DNA of 64,000 nt from Mobula hypostoma. Taxonomy: Eukaryota. This document shows positions 12,451-24,250 of the stretch, in pieces (position 1 is the first letter of the stretch; every line of letters begins with the position of its first letter). Below the pieces are notes generated by a model. It made no database searches and had not been told where the DNA came from. It saw only the letters and a program-made list of their open reading frames with translations. A program made the translations under genes and the position numbers. The DNA lies in contig NC_086108.1 in the NCBI RefSeq assembly GCF_963921235.1, positions 16,182,001 through 16,246,000 of the forward strand, written 5' to 3'.

Positions 12451-13513
12451 TTGGTCTTAGCACAATAGAGTGATGACTTTAGTTCTGGTAACAAAGAGAA
12501 CGGAGTTGTTTGTTGGAGTTGAGAAATAGCAAAGCCAACCTGTGGGACTGGTTTACCAGCCTGAGAGTAATGGCACAATAGGGCATATTAGAAAGGAAGA
12601 AATACCAGAAGCTATTCAGAAAGGAATCAATTTTAATCTGTAAAGAATGAAAATTGAGCAAATGTAGCCTGGATGGGGAGCTCATTAAGTGTTTTTGGGT
12701 TAATTTCTCAGGACATAGTACTGTAGCAGTTATCACGATGCTATTACAACTCGAGTTGTTGGAGTTCAGAGTTCAATTCCAGAGTCCTCTGTCAGCAAGT
12801 TTGTATGTCCCTTCCTGTATGCGCATGGGTTTCCTCCCACAGTCCAGCGGCGACCAGTTAGTAAGTTAATTGATCATCGTAAATTGTCCTGTGATGAGGC
12901 TAGGTGGGTTGCTGGCCAGTGTGGCTCAGAGGGCTGGAATGGCCCACTCCACACTGTTCTCTAAATAAATAACCAGCATGTCCTGTAGCCAGCCGGGGAG
13001 CCGAGGATTCTAGACCTGCTAGTCGATAGAATAGATTGAAGAACTTTATAGTGAAGACATCCCCAGATAGCAGCAGTCATAATGTGATAGGGGTGGCACT
13101 GGAGTATAGTAGTTAGCGTAATGCTTTATGGCACTAGCGGTAAGATCGCCACTGAATTCCTGCTGCAGTCTGTAAAGAGTTTGTATGTTCTCTCTATGAC
13201 TGTATGTGTTTCCTGTAGGTGCTCCGACTTCCTCCCACAGTCCAAAAGCGTACAGTTAACGTCAGCACCCTATGGAAGTGTGATGACACCTGCAGAATGT
13301 GTTGGTCAGTGACAGCAAATGACGCATTTCACCATACATGTGAAAGAAACAAGCTGGTTGAATTGAATTGAATTTTATATTCATTCTGAGAAACAGTAGG
13401 CTGGAAAGAAGAGGAAGATTTAAACTGTAAATAAGGGCATTTATACAGCACAGGGCAGATACAGTCACAGTGAACTGGTAAATTAGATTGAAGGTTCACT
13501 TCGACTACAGGTA

Positions 13514-13580
13514 CAGTCCTGTGCAAAAATCTTAGGCATATATATATATAGTTAGGGTATCTAAGACTTTTGCACAGGAC
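13514..13580. mobile_element. Tiny Tc1-like MITE remnant
   Basis: GTCCTGTGCAAAA.TCTTAG ... CTAAGACTTTTGCACAGGAC inverted repeats around a (TA)n spacer; TA before the left end. Confidence 0.5.
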
Positions 13581-13854
13581 CATATCTGTTTACATGGGTG
13601 TAGGACAGGCGGCAGAGAGCAGTGTATGTCAGAGGTAGTGCAGTTTAGAATACATAGAGTAAATAATTCCAATGATCTTTCCAGGGGGATCAAACCATTT
13701 TCTCAGAAGATTGGGCAGAACAATGAAAACAGCAAAATACGACATAAATATTCATAGGGAGGAAAAATCAGGGTATGAGCTAGAAATATAAAAGCTCACC
13801 AGCAACATAAAACAGATAGCTATGGTTTCTGTAGACATTTTAGAAAGAAAAGGA

Positions 13855-14272
13855 CATTGGTCTTGTAGGGTAAGAACATAGTTCCTGTAGGAAGTGAGAA
13901 CATAGTTCCTGTAGGAAGTGAGAACATAGTTCCTGTAGGAAGTGAGAACATTGTTCCTGTAGGGTGAGAACATAGTTCCTGTAGGAAGTGAGGACATTGC
14001 TCCTGTAGGAAGTGAGAACATTGGTCCTCTAGGAAATGAGAATGTTGTTCCTGTAGGAAATGAGAATGTTGTTCCTGTAGGAAGGGAGAACATTGGTCCT
14101 GTAGGAAGTGAGAACATTGTTCCTGTAGGAAGTGAGAACATTGCTCCCGTGGGAAGTGAGAACATTGGTCTTGTAGGAAGTGAGAATATTGTTCCTGTAG
14201 GAAGTGAGGATGTTGGTCCTGTAGGATGTGAGAATATTGGTCCAGTAGGAAGTGAGAACATTGTTCCTGTAG
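13855..14272. repeat. 24-bp minisatellite, about 17 copies
   Basis: Unit approximately CATTGTTCCTGTAGGAAGTGAGAA; produces the 8-aa periodic ORF 13752-14315. Confidence 0.95.
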
Positions 14273-15376
14273 AAAGCAAAATCATATGATGATAAAAATC
14301 AATCGATGATAACAAATCATTGGCTCCTAATGGACGTTGATCCTAGGGACTTAAAAGAAGTGGCCCATTAAATAGTTGATGCTTTGAAATTCTTCAGATT
14401 TTAGAGCATACAGTATGCTAAGATAGAGAAGCAGAATTAGGCCATTTGGCCTGTTGAGTCTGCTCCATCATTGATCATGGCTTATTTATTTTCCCTCTCA
14501 ATCCCATTCTTCTGCCTTCTCCCTGTAACTTCTCGCCTTCCTTACCATCAAGTCTACCTTCAAGTTATCCTTTAGTGAATCCTGCACTAGGATTCCCAAG
14601 TCTCTTTGCACCTCCAATTTATGAATTCACTCCCCTTTTTAAAAACAGTCGATACTTTTATTCCTTCTACCATGTCCATGATCATTCACTACACTGCATT
14701 CTATCTGCTACTGCTTTACCCATTGTCCTATCTGTCAAAGTCCTTCTGCAGACTTCCTGCTTTTCTAACACTACCTGCCCCCCCCCCCACTTACCTTTGT
14801 ATCATCCACAATCTTGGCCACAAAGCCATCTATTCTGTCATCCAAATCATTAACATATAATGTGAAAAGTAATGGACCCAGGACCCCCAACCCCCTACCA
14901 ACACTGATTTTAGGAAGGGCCCACTGGATTGGAAAATGGCAAAATGTAGCTCCTTTATTTGAAGAGACAGAAGGCAGGAAGCCACAAGCCTGTAACTAAG
15001 GAAAATGTTTGAAGCTATTAATAAAACATCATATTGGGGTACTTTGAAAAACTTAGGATATTTATACAACACCAGCAGGCATCATAGTCAAGTGAAGTCC
15101 TTTTGAAATGTAGCAATGCAGGGAATACAGCATACAGTTTCTGATTACACGAACTGCACCGCGATGGCTGAAGAATGAATTCTGGCCAGGGCACCTGGAA
15201 GAACCAAAATGATGCCATGGAATCAAATTCCTCTTGAGATGGCAGGCAGGGTCTTCCACAAAACATGGTGCCTGGGATATTATGGGCTTCATCTGCAGCA
15301 CACGGGGTCTTAGCCCTGGATATCAAAAATGTAAAATATACAGAAGCCTTTGATAAAATGTTGGGGGTGCACTCAC

Positions 15377-15506
15377 CAGTTAGAAGAGGCACAGCCATGT
15401 CCAGTAACAAATGACACAGAACGAGGTGAAGATACAGGTCTGTCTTCAGGAAATGGGGCAAACGATGTTCTTCCAGCCATTTCAAAAACCCATCCATGTT
15501 CTCGGT
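15377..15506 (-). CDS. RGSL1: RGSL1-like coding exon (130 nt)
   Basis: tcag|TENMDGFLKWLEEHRLPHFLKTDLYLHLVLCHLLLDMAVPLLT g|gtgag; cf. RGSL1 GLLTWLEKCRLPFFCKTNLCFHYILC; phase 0-1. Confidence 0.9.
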
Positions 15507-16532
15507 CTGAGGTCAAACACAGCACCCAATTTTAGTAACCCCATTCAAAGAGAGGCCAAGGCAAAGATGTTGTCCTCCAAACATTGAGCAGCTTGATCAA
15601 TAACTTTATATTTTCACTACTGACATATACTGATGTCAGCAAAGTGATCCTGTGGGACAAACCCAGAGAAGATTCCCATTGTTCTCTCACGGCTTCAGTC
15701 TCTTTGACTCACCACCATACTTGTAATTTTTCCCACATTTTCATGCCCATTTGTAACTCCAGATGCTCTGGATTGTAATCATTGACTTTATTTCCAGAGT
15801 TTGTAAGTGCATGAGCCATGACCAAAAAACAACATGACCAATATCCCAAATCACATTAATTTGTCTGTTGTTACATAGGAAAGGCCAGTTGGTGAAATCA
15901 TGTGTCCTGCATCTTAACACCATCTGTTGCTTAAGGAATCAGAACCTCCCGTCTCTTCCCAAGGAGCTGTGTGAGAGTTCGGCTCGGGGGCTTTGCCAGC
16001 AGGCAGGTGGACAGAAGGATTCTGGTTGGGTTCCACACATTCAGCAGAACACTGATGGTCCCCTGTTCACTGAAAGTGAAGGATACTTCCGCTCCTACCT
16101 ATGACAAAGCTCCGGGATTGAGTGGTCTCTAATCCAACTACTCATCAGAGTCCAGTCTGCATTTGCAGCTCCAATGCACAGAGAAATCTGCCAAGGCACA
16201 CTATGAGGCTAGTCCAGCACCAAGCTCCACACTCTTGCACACTCCCACATTATCTTCATGGCAGCCAGGCTGCAGTGGTTTCACTTCTACATTAACTATA
16301 GCCTGTGCAATTCAGCTCGGCCCAGGAACCTGGAACTGTTCACCCCTGGACTCTCCAGTTCAACTCGCCAGAGTCAACCTGCCGTCAGCTACTCCTGCCT
16401 TTGTGTATCAGAACTGGTGCAGGAACTGAAGGCAGGTCACCACCCCTGTGTGTCTCTGCTCCCAGACTGTGCACAGGCTTCACTGGGAAGGAGTATGTTC
16501 CTGGAGCTGTTTGGACACATTGGTGAACTCAC

Positions 16533-16607
16533 CAGGTTGGAAGGCAAGTTGGGCTGAAGCTCCCAAGATTTGTCTTTTAAAACATAGACTGGCGTCTGTC
16601 CGAACAC
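16533..16607 (-). CDS. RGSL1: RGSL1-like coding exon (75 nt)
   Basis: ttcag|VFGQTPVYVLKDKSWELQPNLPSNL|gtgag; cf. RGSL1 VFGQTPFY...W.L.PEIPCNL; phase 0-0. Confidence 0.9.
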
Positions 16608-17793
16608 CTGAAAACCAAATCACAGCATTGTTACTGTTACGGATACACTCTTTCAATGCCTGGAAAAAGATCTGGTCGTTCAGCCAACCATTGCAAAGGC
16701 ACACCATTAACAATCAGAGGCAGCATAATGAAATACCACTCACTAGAAAATGTCACATTGTCAGTGAAACACAGGAAAACATCAGAAGCTGCGAATTGAA
16801 AATAAACTTTTAACTTGAATTGTCGATATTCCCTTTCCACAGAGGCAAACTGATCTGCTGAGCACTTCCAGCAGGTTTTCTGTTTTTCATTGTAGGCCAC
16901 ATGGTAACGCAAGGGCTGAATAAGGAAATGGTCAATTAGTTCCACAAAAAGCAATGACATAATGAACTAGTCGAAGAGGTATGATTGGAGAATAAACATT
17001 GCTCAGGACCCCATGATCTGGAGGTGAGATTATCGAGGATATTTTATAATAAGGTAGAAGCATTTTTGGAAAATCAAGGATTAAAGGCCAGGGGACCTAG
17101 CACAGAGAGCAGTTGTGGCCTAAGCATACTCAATGGTGGGGCAGATTTGAGAGAGCTGTTCATATTTTCTTGTGAGACTGGAGTTAACCCCCATGTTCAT
17201 CACCAAAGAAGTGCTTTAATGCAGAGCAGAGGGGATGAGAGGCACCTCCGCCAGTGTAGCACTCACTCCCTCAATACTGCAACAGAGCGAGATATTGTTG
17301 GAACAGCACAACCAAAACACATTACAGCCACTCCCCAGGATATGACAGGGTTCTGTTTCTGAGAAATGTCTGTAACCCAGACTGTTCATCAGTTGGAAAT
17401 GAACCATAACAGTGGGTGGAGAGGATCTCAGCAGATCTCAGTTGTGGGAAGTGCGGCTGTCAGCTGGTCTCACGGACTCACTGAGTGAGTCAGCCCAGCA
17501 GCATCAGCTCTGCTCAACTCCATACAGCCCCAGAATGTTGAAGCTCGGTCGGGTAGAAAGGGGAGAGAGGGCATGTGGAGATGCCCTGTTCCCACCCAGC
17601 AAAAAATGCCTGCAGCCCAACACTGGTTGGTGCCCATAAGTTGAACGGTGGTAATCTGGGTGAACATGAACTGCCTGGTGGACGCCTGTCAGAAGCTGTC
17701 CAAGTCTCTCTTCACACAGTGAGAGTGCAACCTTGCCCTGTTTTCTGCCCCTTGCCTTGCCCCTGCTAATTGAGAAACAAGATCGTCACTCAC

Positions 17794-17867
17794 CGGTAGG
17801 CTGAGGAAGGTGTTTAAGAAATCCACACATATGTTGTTGTTTAACAGCTCAAGAATAGCGCCTGGAC
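17794..17867 (-). CDS. RGSL1: RGSL1-like coding exon (first exon identified; upstream start exon not found)
   Basis: ttcag|gt PGAILELLNNNICVDFLNTFLSLP|gtgag; resembles the RGSL1 N-terminus (LLEDEVFADFFNTFLSLP). Confidence 0.85.
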
Positions 17868-18196
17868 CTGAAATAGAAGCATCATGTGAACTGGGACTAT
17901 CTGAGCTACAGGGGCCTCAATCACCAATACTACCTGAATACTACCAGGATTTCAGGTCAGCCATCAAACACCCCCAGTCCCAAATCTAACTAGAAAACAA
18001 CCAGAGGCTCCAGAACAGAGACATCACCCAGAAACTTAGGCCAACCTCAAAGTCAAAATTGAGTTTATTGTCATATGCACAAGTAATCTATGTATAGGTG
18101 TGATGAAAATCTTACTTGTGGCAGCATCATGGGCACATTGCATCATATAAGCAGCATTCACAAGAAAAACATAAATTATTCACAATTTTTACAAGA

Positions 18197-19790
18197 GCTC
18201 TCTAGACTCTGGGCAGGTCCTGGCAGATTAGAAGACAGCAAATGTCACACCACTTTTTGAAAAAGGATGTAGGCAAAAGACAGGCAACTATAGGCCAACA
18301 AGAGGAATTCTGCAGATGCTGGAAATTCAAGCAACACACATCAAAGTAGCTGGTGAACGCAGCAGGCCAGGCAGCATCTCTAGGAAGAGGTACAGTCGAC
18401 GTTTCAGGCCGAGACCCTTCATCTATAGGCCAGTTAACTTAACATCTGTAGTTGGGAAACTCCTTGAAGCTGTCATCAAGGAAGAAATAGCGAAACATTT
18501 AGAAAGGAGTGGTTCCATTAGACAGGTGCAGCATGGATTCAGAAAGGGCAGGCCCTGTTTGACAAACTTACTGGAGTTCTTTGAGGACATAATGAGTGCA
18601 GTGGATAGAGAGGAACAGGTGGATGTCATATACTTGGATTTCCAGATAAGGTACCACACGAGACTTATAAATAAGATACGGATGCATGGAGTCAGAGGAA
18701 GTGTATTGGTTACCTGATAGAAGGCAGAGAGTTGGTATAAATGGGTGTTTCTCCGGTTGGCAGTCAGTGGTGAGTGGGGTGCCACAGGGGTCGGTGCTGG
18801 GCCCGCAGCTGTTTACCATTTATATTCATGATTTGGAAGAGGGGACTGAGTGTAGCGTAGCAAATTTGCTGATGACACTAAACTGAATGGAAAAGCAAAT
18901 TGTCGGAGGATGTGGAAAGTCTGCAGAGGGATATAGATAGGTTAAGTGAGTGGGCCAAGGTAGGGTAGATGGAGTACAACGTTGGTAAATGTGAGAACAT
19001 CCACTTTGGAAGGAATAATAGAAGGCAGATTATTATTATTTGAATGGTGAAAGATTGCAGCAAACTGTTGTGCAGAGGGACTTGGGAGTGCTTGTGCATG
19101 AATTGCAAAAAGTTGGCTTGCAGGTCCACCAGGTTATTAAGAAGGCAAACAGAATGTTTGCTAGAGGGATTGAACTCAAGAGCAGGGAGGTCATGCTGCA
19201 ACTATACAGGGTACTGGTGAGGCCGCACCTGGAGTACTGTGTGCAGTTCTGGTCTCCATACTTAGGAAGGATATATTGGCTTTGGAGGCAGTGCAGAGGA
19301 GGTTCACCAGGTTGATTCCAGGGATGAAGGGGTTAACCTATGAGGAGAGATTGAGTTGCCTGGGACTATACTCTCTGCAGTCCAGAAGAATGAGAGGAGA
19401 TCTTATAGAAACATTCAAAATTTTGAAAGGGATAGATAAGATAGAAGTAGGAAAGTTGTTTCCATTGGTAGGTGAGACTAGAACTAGGGGACATTGCCTC
19501 AAGATTCAGGGCAGAAGGTTTTGGATGGAGATGAGGAGAAATTGTTTTTCCCAGACAGTGGTGAATCTGTGGAATTCTCTGCCCAGGGAAGCAGTTGAGG
19601 CTTCTTCACTAAATATATTTAAGAAACAGTTAGATAAGTTTTTACATAGTAAGGGAATGAAAGGTTATGGGGAAAAGGCAGGTTGATGGAGCTGAGTTTA
19701 CGGACAGATCAGCCATGATCTTATTGAATGGCGGGGCAGGCTCAATGGGCTGGATGGCTACTCCTGCTCCTATATCTTGTGTTCTTGTGT
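18197..19790 (+). mobile_element. 5'-truncated decayed CR1 LINE, nested in a Rex1/L2-like 3' fragment (approx. 18050-20050, minus)
   Basis: Frameshifted RT pieces (YRPVNLTS, PQGSVLGP, RPHLEYCVQFWSP) and CR1 3' UTR; flanks rejoin to a LINE end encoding GRRYRSLKSHTTRFNNNYFP. Confidence 0.85.
18298..18422 (-). mobile_element. 125-bp Penelope-terminus insertion within CR1
   Basis: Flanked by the direct repeat CTATAGGCCA (18288-18297 / 18423-18432); sequence matches the Penelope terminal repeat. Confidence 0.8.
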
Positions 19791-20089
19791 AACACAATTA
19801 TAAGAAGCAAAAAGTCTATTATAATACAAAGTGGTCATAATGTTTCCAGATTAGGGATTTTCTGGTTGGTTCAAGAACTAAGGGTTGAAGGGAAGTAGTT
19901 GTTATTGAACCTGGTGGTGTGCGACTTCAGGCTTCTGTACCTTCTGCCCTGTGGTAGCTGGGAGAAAATGGCATGTTTTGGATAGTGAGGATCTTTGATG
20001 ATAAATATTGTCTTCGTTAGGCAATAGTTTATCATTAAATATCCCCAGTACAAAGCCTCATTTTGTACTTCCTGCAATAACAGCACACG

Positions 20090-20850
20090 AGCTGTGACCC
20101 CAAAAAGAGTTCTACAAGAGGACTATTGTCACAGAAAACCAGTGACAGACTGCAACACACTTACTTCAATCTCGCTAACTGCAAGGTTGCACCTTGGCTC
20201 CATCAAACATTGCCACTCAGTTATCTTTACTACCAAGGGAAATGTTCAACCCATGGCAACCACACTCCAGAACCCAGGCTGCAGTATACAGATGATGCTT
20301 GTATCTGTCCACTCACACAAGTCAAACTCCAAGCCATTGATGGTTGAAATGTATGAGAGAACAGACCCTCCATAGGAGAACAAGACAAGGTCCTCCACAA
20401 CCTGCACCACATAGCCCTCTGACAAAGTTTCACAGTTTAACCCTGGATAACACAGACCACTTCCCACATCTCAGGAGCCAATTCTCAGTAAATGCAGGCA
20501 TCAGTTATGACATTTCCCTGTTGCCTTTAATGCATCAATGTAGCTTTTGATGAAAAGAGTGCCCATTGTACAAGATCCCAGACTTGGTATTAAATCTAAG
20601 TCTGTGGGAGGTAATGATCATTGTCCTCTGAGACAAGGACTATTTACAGCGAGCATCTCAAGGCATCACATAAATGCCACCAACATTACTTGGCAAAATC
20701 AACTAAATTCAACAGAAGAACAAATCAACATCAGTGCCCGCCCCTCCACCTATATTCAGGCCCAGTTAGATATGTTGGCTGGCCTCGTCATTTGCATTCT
20801 TGACACCAGACTCTTCAGACAGAAACGCTATTCCATTGGGATTCAGCCCA
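20090..20850 (+). mobile_element. Old RTE-clade LINE fragment (similar 3' piece at ~26412-26770)
   Basis: Degenerate motifs LDNTDHFPHLRSQFS and VICILDTRLFRQ; downstream FKDGLKLSVKKCSI...; all resemble the RTE C-terminal region. Confidence 0.55.
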
Positions 20851-20929
20851 AAACATCAACAAGTGATGTTGTTGCAGAGCAATCTGGAGTGTGCTGAAGG
20901 AAGGAAAATGAAGTTTAATTCAGATAATA

Positions 20930-22120
20930 CAGAGAAATTTTACAAGGATTTTGCCAAGACTGGAGGACCTGAGTCATAAAGAAAAACTTGACAGGTTAGG
21001 ATTTATTCCTTAGAATGTAGAAGGTTGGGGGGGATTTGACAGAGGTACACAAAATTATGAGGGGTATAGATAGGATAAAAGCAAGTAGGTTTTTTCACTG
21101 AGAGGTCATGGGTTAAGGGTGAAAGGTGAAAAGTTTAAAGGGAACATGAGGGGCAATTTCTTCATTTGGAGGATCAAGAGAAGTGAGGAACGAGCTGCCA
21201 GCACAAATGATGGATACGATTTTGATTTGAATGGTTAAGTGAAATTTGGATAGGTACATGGATGGGAGGGATATGGAGGGCTATGGTCTGGTCCAGGTCG
21301 ATGAGAATAGGCAGGCCAAATTTCTGTGCCATACTTTCATGACCTCTATGGCTCTAAGTGTGAGGTATTGCATTGCAGAAAGACAAATCAGGATAGGACA
21401 GTCACAGTCAATGGTAGGGCCCTGGGCAGTGTTAACAGAGGGAGAGGGAGTTCCCTGAAAGTAGTGTTGCAGGCAGACAGGGCGGTTCCATCAGTCAGGG
21501 CATTATGTATAGATGTCGGGAGGTTATGTTGCAGGCAGACAGGGTGGTGAAGAAGGGTTCCACCAGTCAGGGCATTATGTATAGATGTCGGGAGGTTATG
21601 TTGCAATTGTACAAGACAGTCAGGTTGCACTTGGAATATTGAGTTCAGTTTTGTTCAGCCTGATATAGGAAAGTTGTCATTAAGTTGGAAGGAATGCAGG
21701 AGAGACTTACAAGGATATTATGCATTTTGAGGGATTTAGTTACAGAGAGAGGTTGATCATGATGGGACTGTTTTCATTGGAGTGTAGGAGCAAAGGTAGA
21801 TAAAATCATGAGGGAGTTTGCTAGGGTCAATGTGCACTGCCTTTTACCCAGGCTTAGGAAATCAAGAACTAAAATGCCTAGGTTTAAGTTCAGAGTGGAG
21901 AGATTTAATAGGAACCTAAGAGCCAATGTCTTCAAACAGATAGTGGTCAATAGATACAGGTACCTTGATAACATTTAAACGTTGTATGTACAGGTACATG
22001 GATAGGAAAGATTTAGAGGGGTGGGCCAAACATGGGCACATGGGACTAGCTCAGATGGCCACTTTGGTCTGCATGGACCAGATGCGCTGAAGGGACCATT
22101 TCAGTGCTGTATGACTCCAT
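20930..22120 (+). mobile_element. Two old CR1 3' fragments
   Basis: Decayed CR1 ORF2 C-terminus and 3' UTR sequence; a ~72-bp internal tandem duplication at 21484-21605. Confidence 0.7.
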
Positions 22121-22209
22121 CTAATTCACACCCTCCCCCAACCCACAGACGCTGCTCAACCCACTGAGTTCCTTCAGAAGATTCCAGGATCGGTAGTCCC
22201 TTATGATTC

Positions 22210-22903
22210 TGTAGCACCCCTGGCCACCCTCAGGGTCGCTCGACTCTCTGTCGTCCAGGGAAACAGCCCTCGGCCCCGCCAATCTGGGTAATTAGTTTGT
22301 GTGAATGCTGTGTGATGTACCCCACCCCGCCCAAATAACAGACAATACACCAGATACGATTAAATGATTTACAGTTTGTAGATATTACGGGAACTATATA
22401 ATTAATAGAGAATAAAATATAAAAGGAAAATAAAAGGCCACACTTATCAAAGTTCAATCTCTTCGTGCACAAAAAAGTTGGAGCTCAGGACCCTTCTTCT
22501 TCACCCTGCGACCCCTCGGACCACCTCAACCGGCCACCTGGGACCAACAACGGTGGTCGACCAGACGTTCCACACGAGTCCGTCTCCGTCTCCTCGCCGA
22601 ACGCCCTCCTCGGGGTCCGACCCCGTTAGCGGACATCACAGCACCTGGTCCATCCTCTGTCTCTCTCTCCCGCCTTCTGCCCCAAATCCCCGTGCATACA
22701 AGATCTTACAGATACACCAAAAACATAACAACTATCCCAATTGATTCATAACATCTTCTTATCAGTAACGTGATTCAACAAACTGCTAGCGGGAGGACTT
22801 TCTCAGCATTTAACATAACAAAGAAGCATTCCCAAGTATAACATAACAAAGAAGCCATTTTAATTAGCCTACGCAGTAACATAAGAGACGAAACCCCCTT
22901 AGA
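22210..22903 (-). repeat. 3' LTR of the non-autonomous element
   Basis: Direct repeat of 25706-26407, about 95% identical by eye. Confidence 0.95.
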
Positions 22904-23399
22904 CTCTCCCCCCACCAAATAAAGTCACGTCCTCATGACTTCTAAATAACTCGCCAATCAGTCCTGCAGACACACAACACACACATACACAGATACACAC
23001 AGTGACAGTGCTCCCCAAACAGTGGACCTCACACCCTCTCACGCGTGCTACATAGGCGAACCTATCTGGGAGCTTCTTAACCCTCCGAGACCTCCATACC
23101 CCCTCACCTAAACCCAAAAGGCTCAGACACTACCAGGGATACCTCGGGCCTGTTTGCCAACTCCTCTCTCACTTATGCCACCATTACAGCTCGAAGCCCC
23201 CTGTCCCGTGTCCGGGATCCCGCTACTTTTCCTTCCTGATCCTGCCACAACTCAGACTGCCCACAGCTAGCTCTCCCCACTACACCTGACTCAGTGGGAG
23301 AAGGGCCAAAGGTCTCTTCCTCAATCACAGGAAAGTTAGCGAAAGGCAGTGTGTACCACATGTGCAGCACATCATCCTTCGAATCCATATTCTTCCTCA

Positions 23400-24250
23400 T
23401 TCCCTCGATCGGTAGCTGCTGTTCGAGTTTCTCCAAACTGAAACATTTAGCCAGGGCTACCCCTACAGCCTCATGCAGTCGAGACGTCAGCTTCTTCGGG
23501 AACTCCTTCAACTCTCACCACAGCCTCACAGTTCTGACTCAGGGTTCTTGGCCATCTCCATCTGGGACGTAGTTACCCCACCAGCTTCTTCCTCCCTGAC
23601 CTGAGAAGCAGCAGTTAAAGAATGTTCAGCCTCCAGTTTTTCCTTCCTGATGACGCCTTCCAGGTCAACTTTCAGTTTTTCCACTTCATTTAAACTCGCG
23701 ATAGACATCTTCAAGTTCCTTTCAAGCATCCGCCTCCCTTTTCTGAGATCTGCCCTCCATTTCTTCACCTCCTCGGGAGTGTAGTCAAACTCCCCTCCCT
23801 GGGCTCTCGGTTTTCTGTTGGCCTTAGTCAGAACACTTCCTTGATCTTCCCCAACTTGTAAGTCTTCCAATCTTTTCTGAATCGATGTCTTGAGTTTCTG
23901 CTGATCCCTTGGAAGGTGGGTCATTGTTTCTTCTCGCTGGATTAATTCATCAGTACATGACCGCAGTGTCGGCTCGGAATTCTGTTGCTCCTTCTCCACG
24001 TTGACGAGCGTGAATTCCAAGTCTGCAATGGTTGTCCCACAAGTGCGGCACTCAGTCTGCAGCCAGCATTTCTGAGCACTCAGTTCAGCGGTGCAAATCC
24101 CCTCTCTCCCCTGTGTCTCATTCAGATGGATGGGTTTCCATCCCCAGGTCCACCACCGTCTGTTCCAACACCAGGAAGTTCAACTGGTATGTCAGGTCAT
24201 TTTTCTCACATTGTACCAAACTCCTCTGGTCAAAAACTCCTCCACATTTG
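23400..24250 (-). pseudogene. Captured intronless sarcomeric myosin heavy chain rod fragment (MYH16-like)
   Basis: Colinear myosin rod motifs: [118 protein letters not shown]. Confidence 0.8.

Noticed and set aside
12558..12638. Exon-like segment on the minus strand (ttacag...gtaaac)
   Set aside because: Open in phase 0 but hits an immediate stop in the phase-1 frame required by the flanking RGSL1 exons; no recognised homology.
13752..14315. 187-aa repetitive ORF / CRISPR-like look of the array
   Set aside because: Head-to-tail 24-bp minisatellite with no unique spacers; the ORF is a by-product of a stop-free unit.
22478..22744. Repeated small ORFs in LTRs (also 25982-26272, 36197-36518, 42784-43051)
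   Set aside because: Duplicated only because the LTRs are duplicated; antisense to the elements and without recognisable motifs.
23526..24020. Exon of a genuine resident myosin gene, or an env-like ORF
   Set aside because: Intronless, internally deleted, frameshifted and enclosed by LTRs with a TSD; no other myosin exons in the window; no signal peptide or transmembrane segment.
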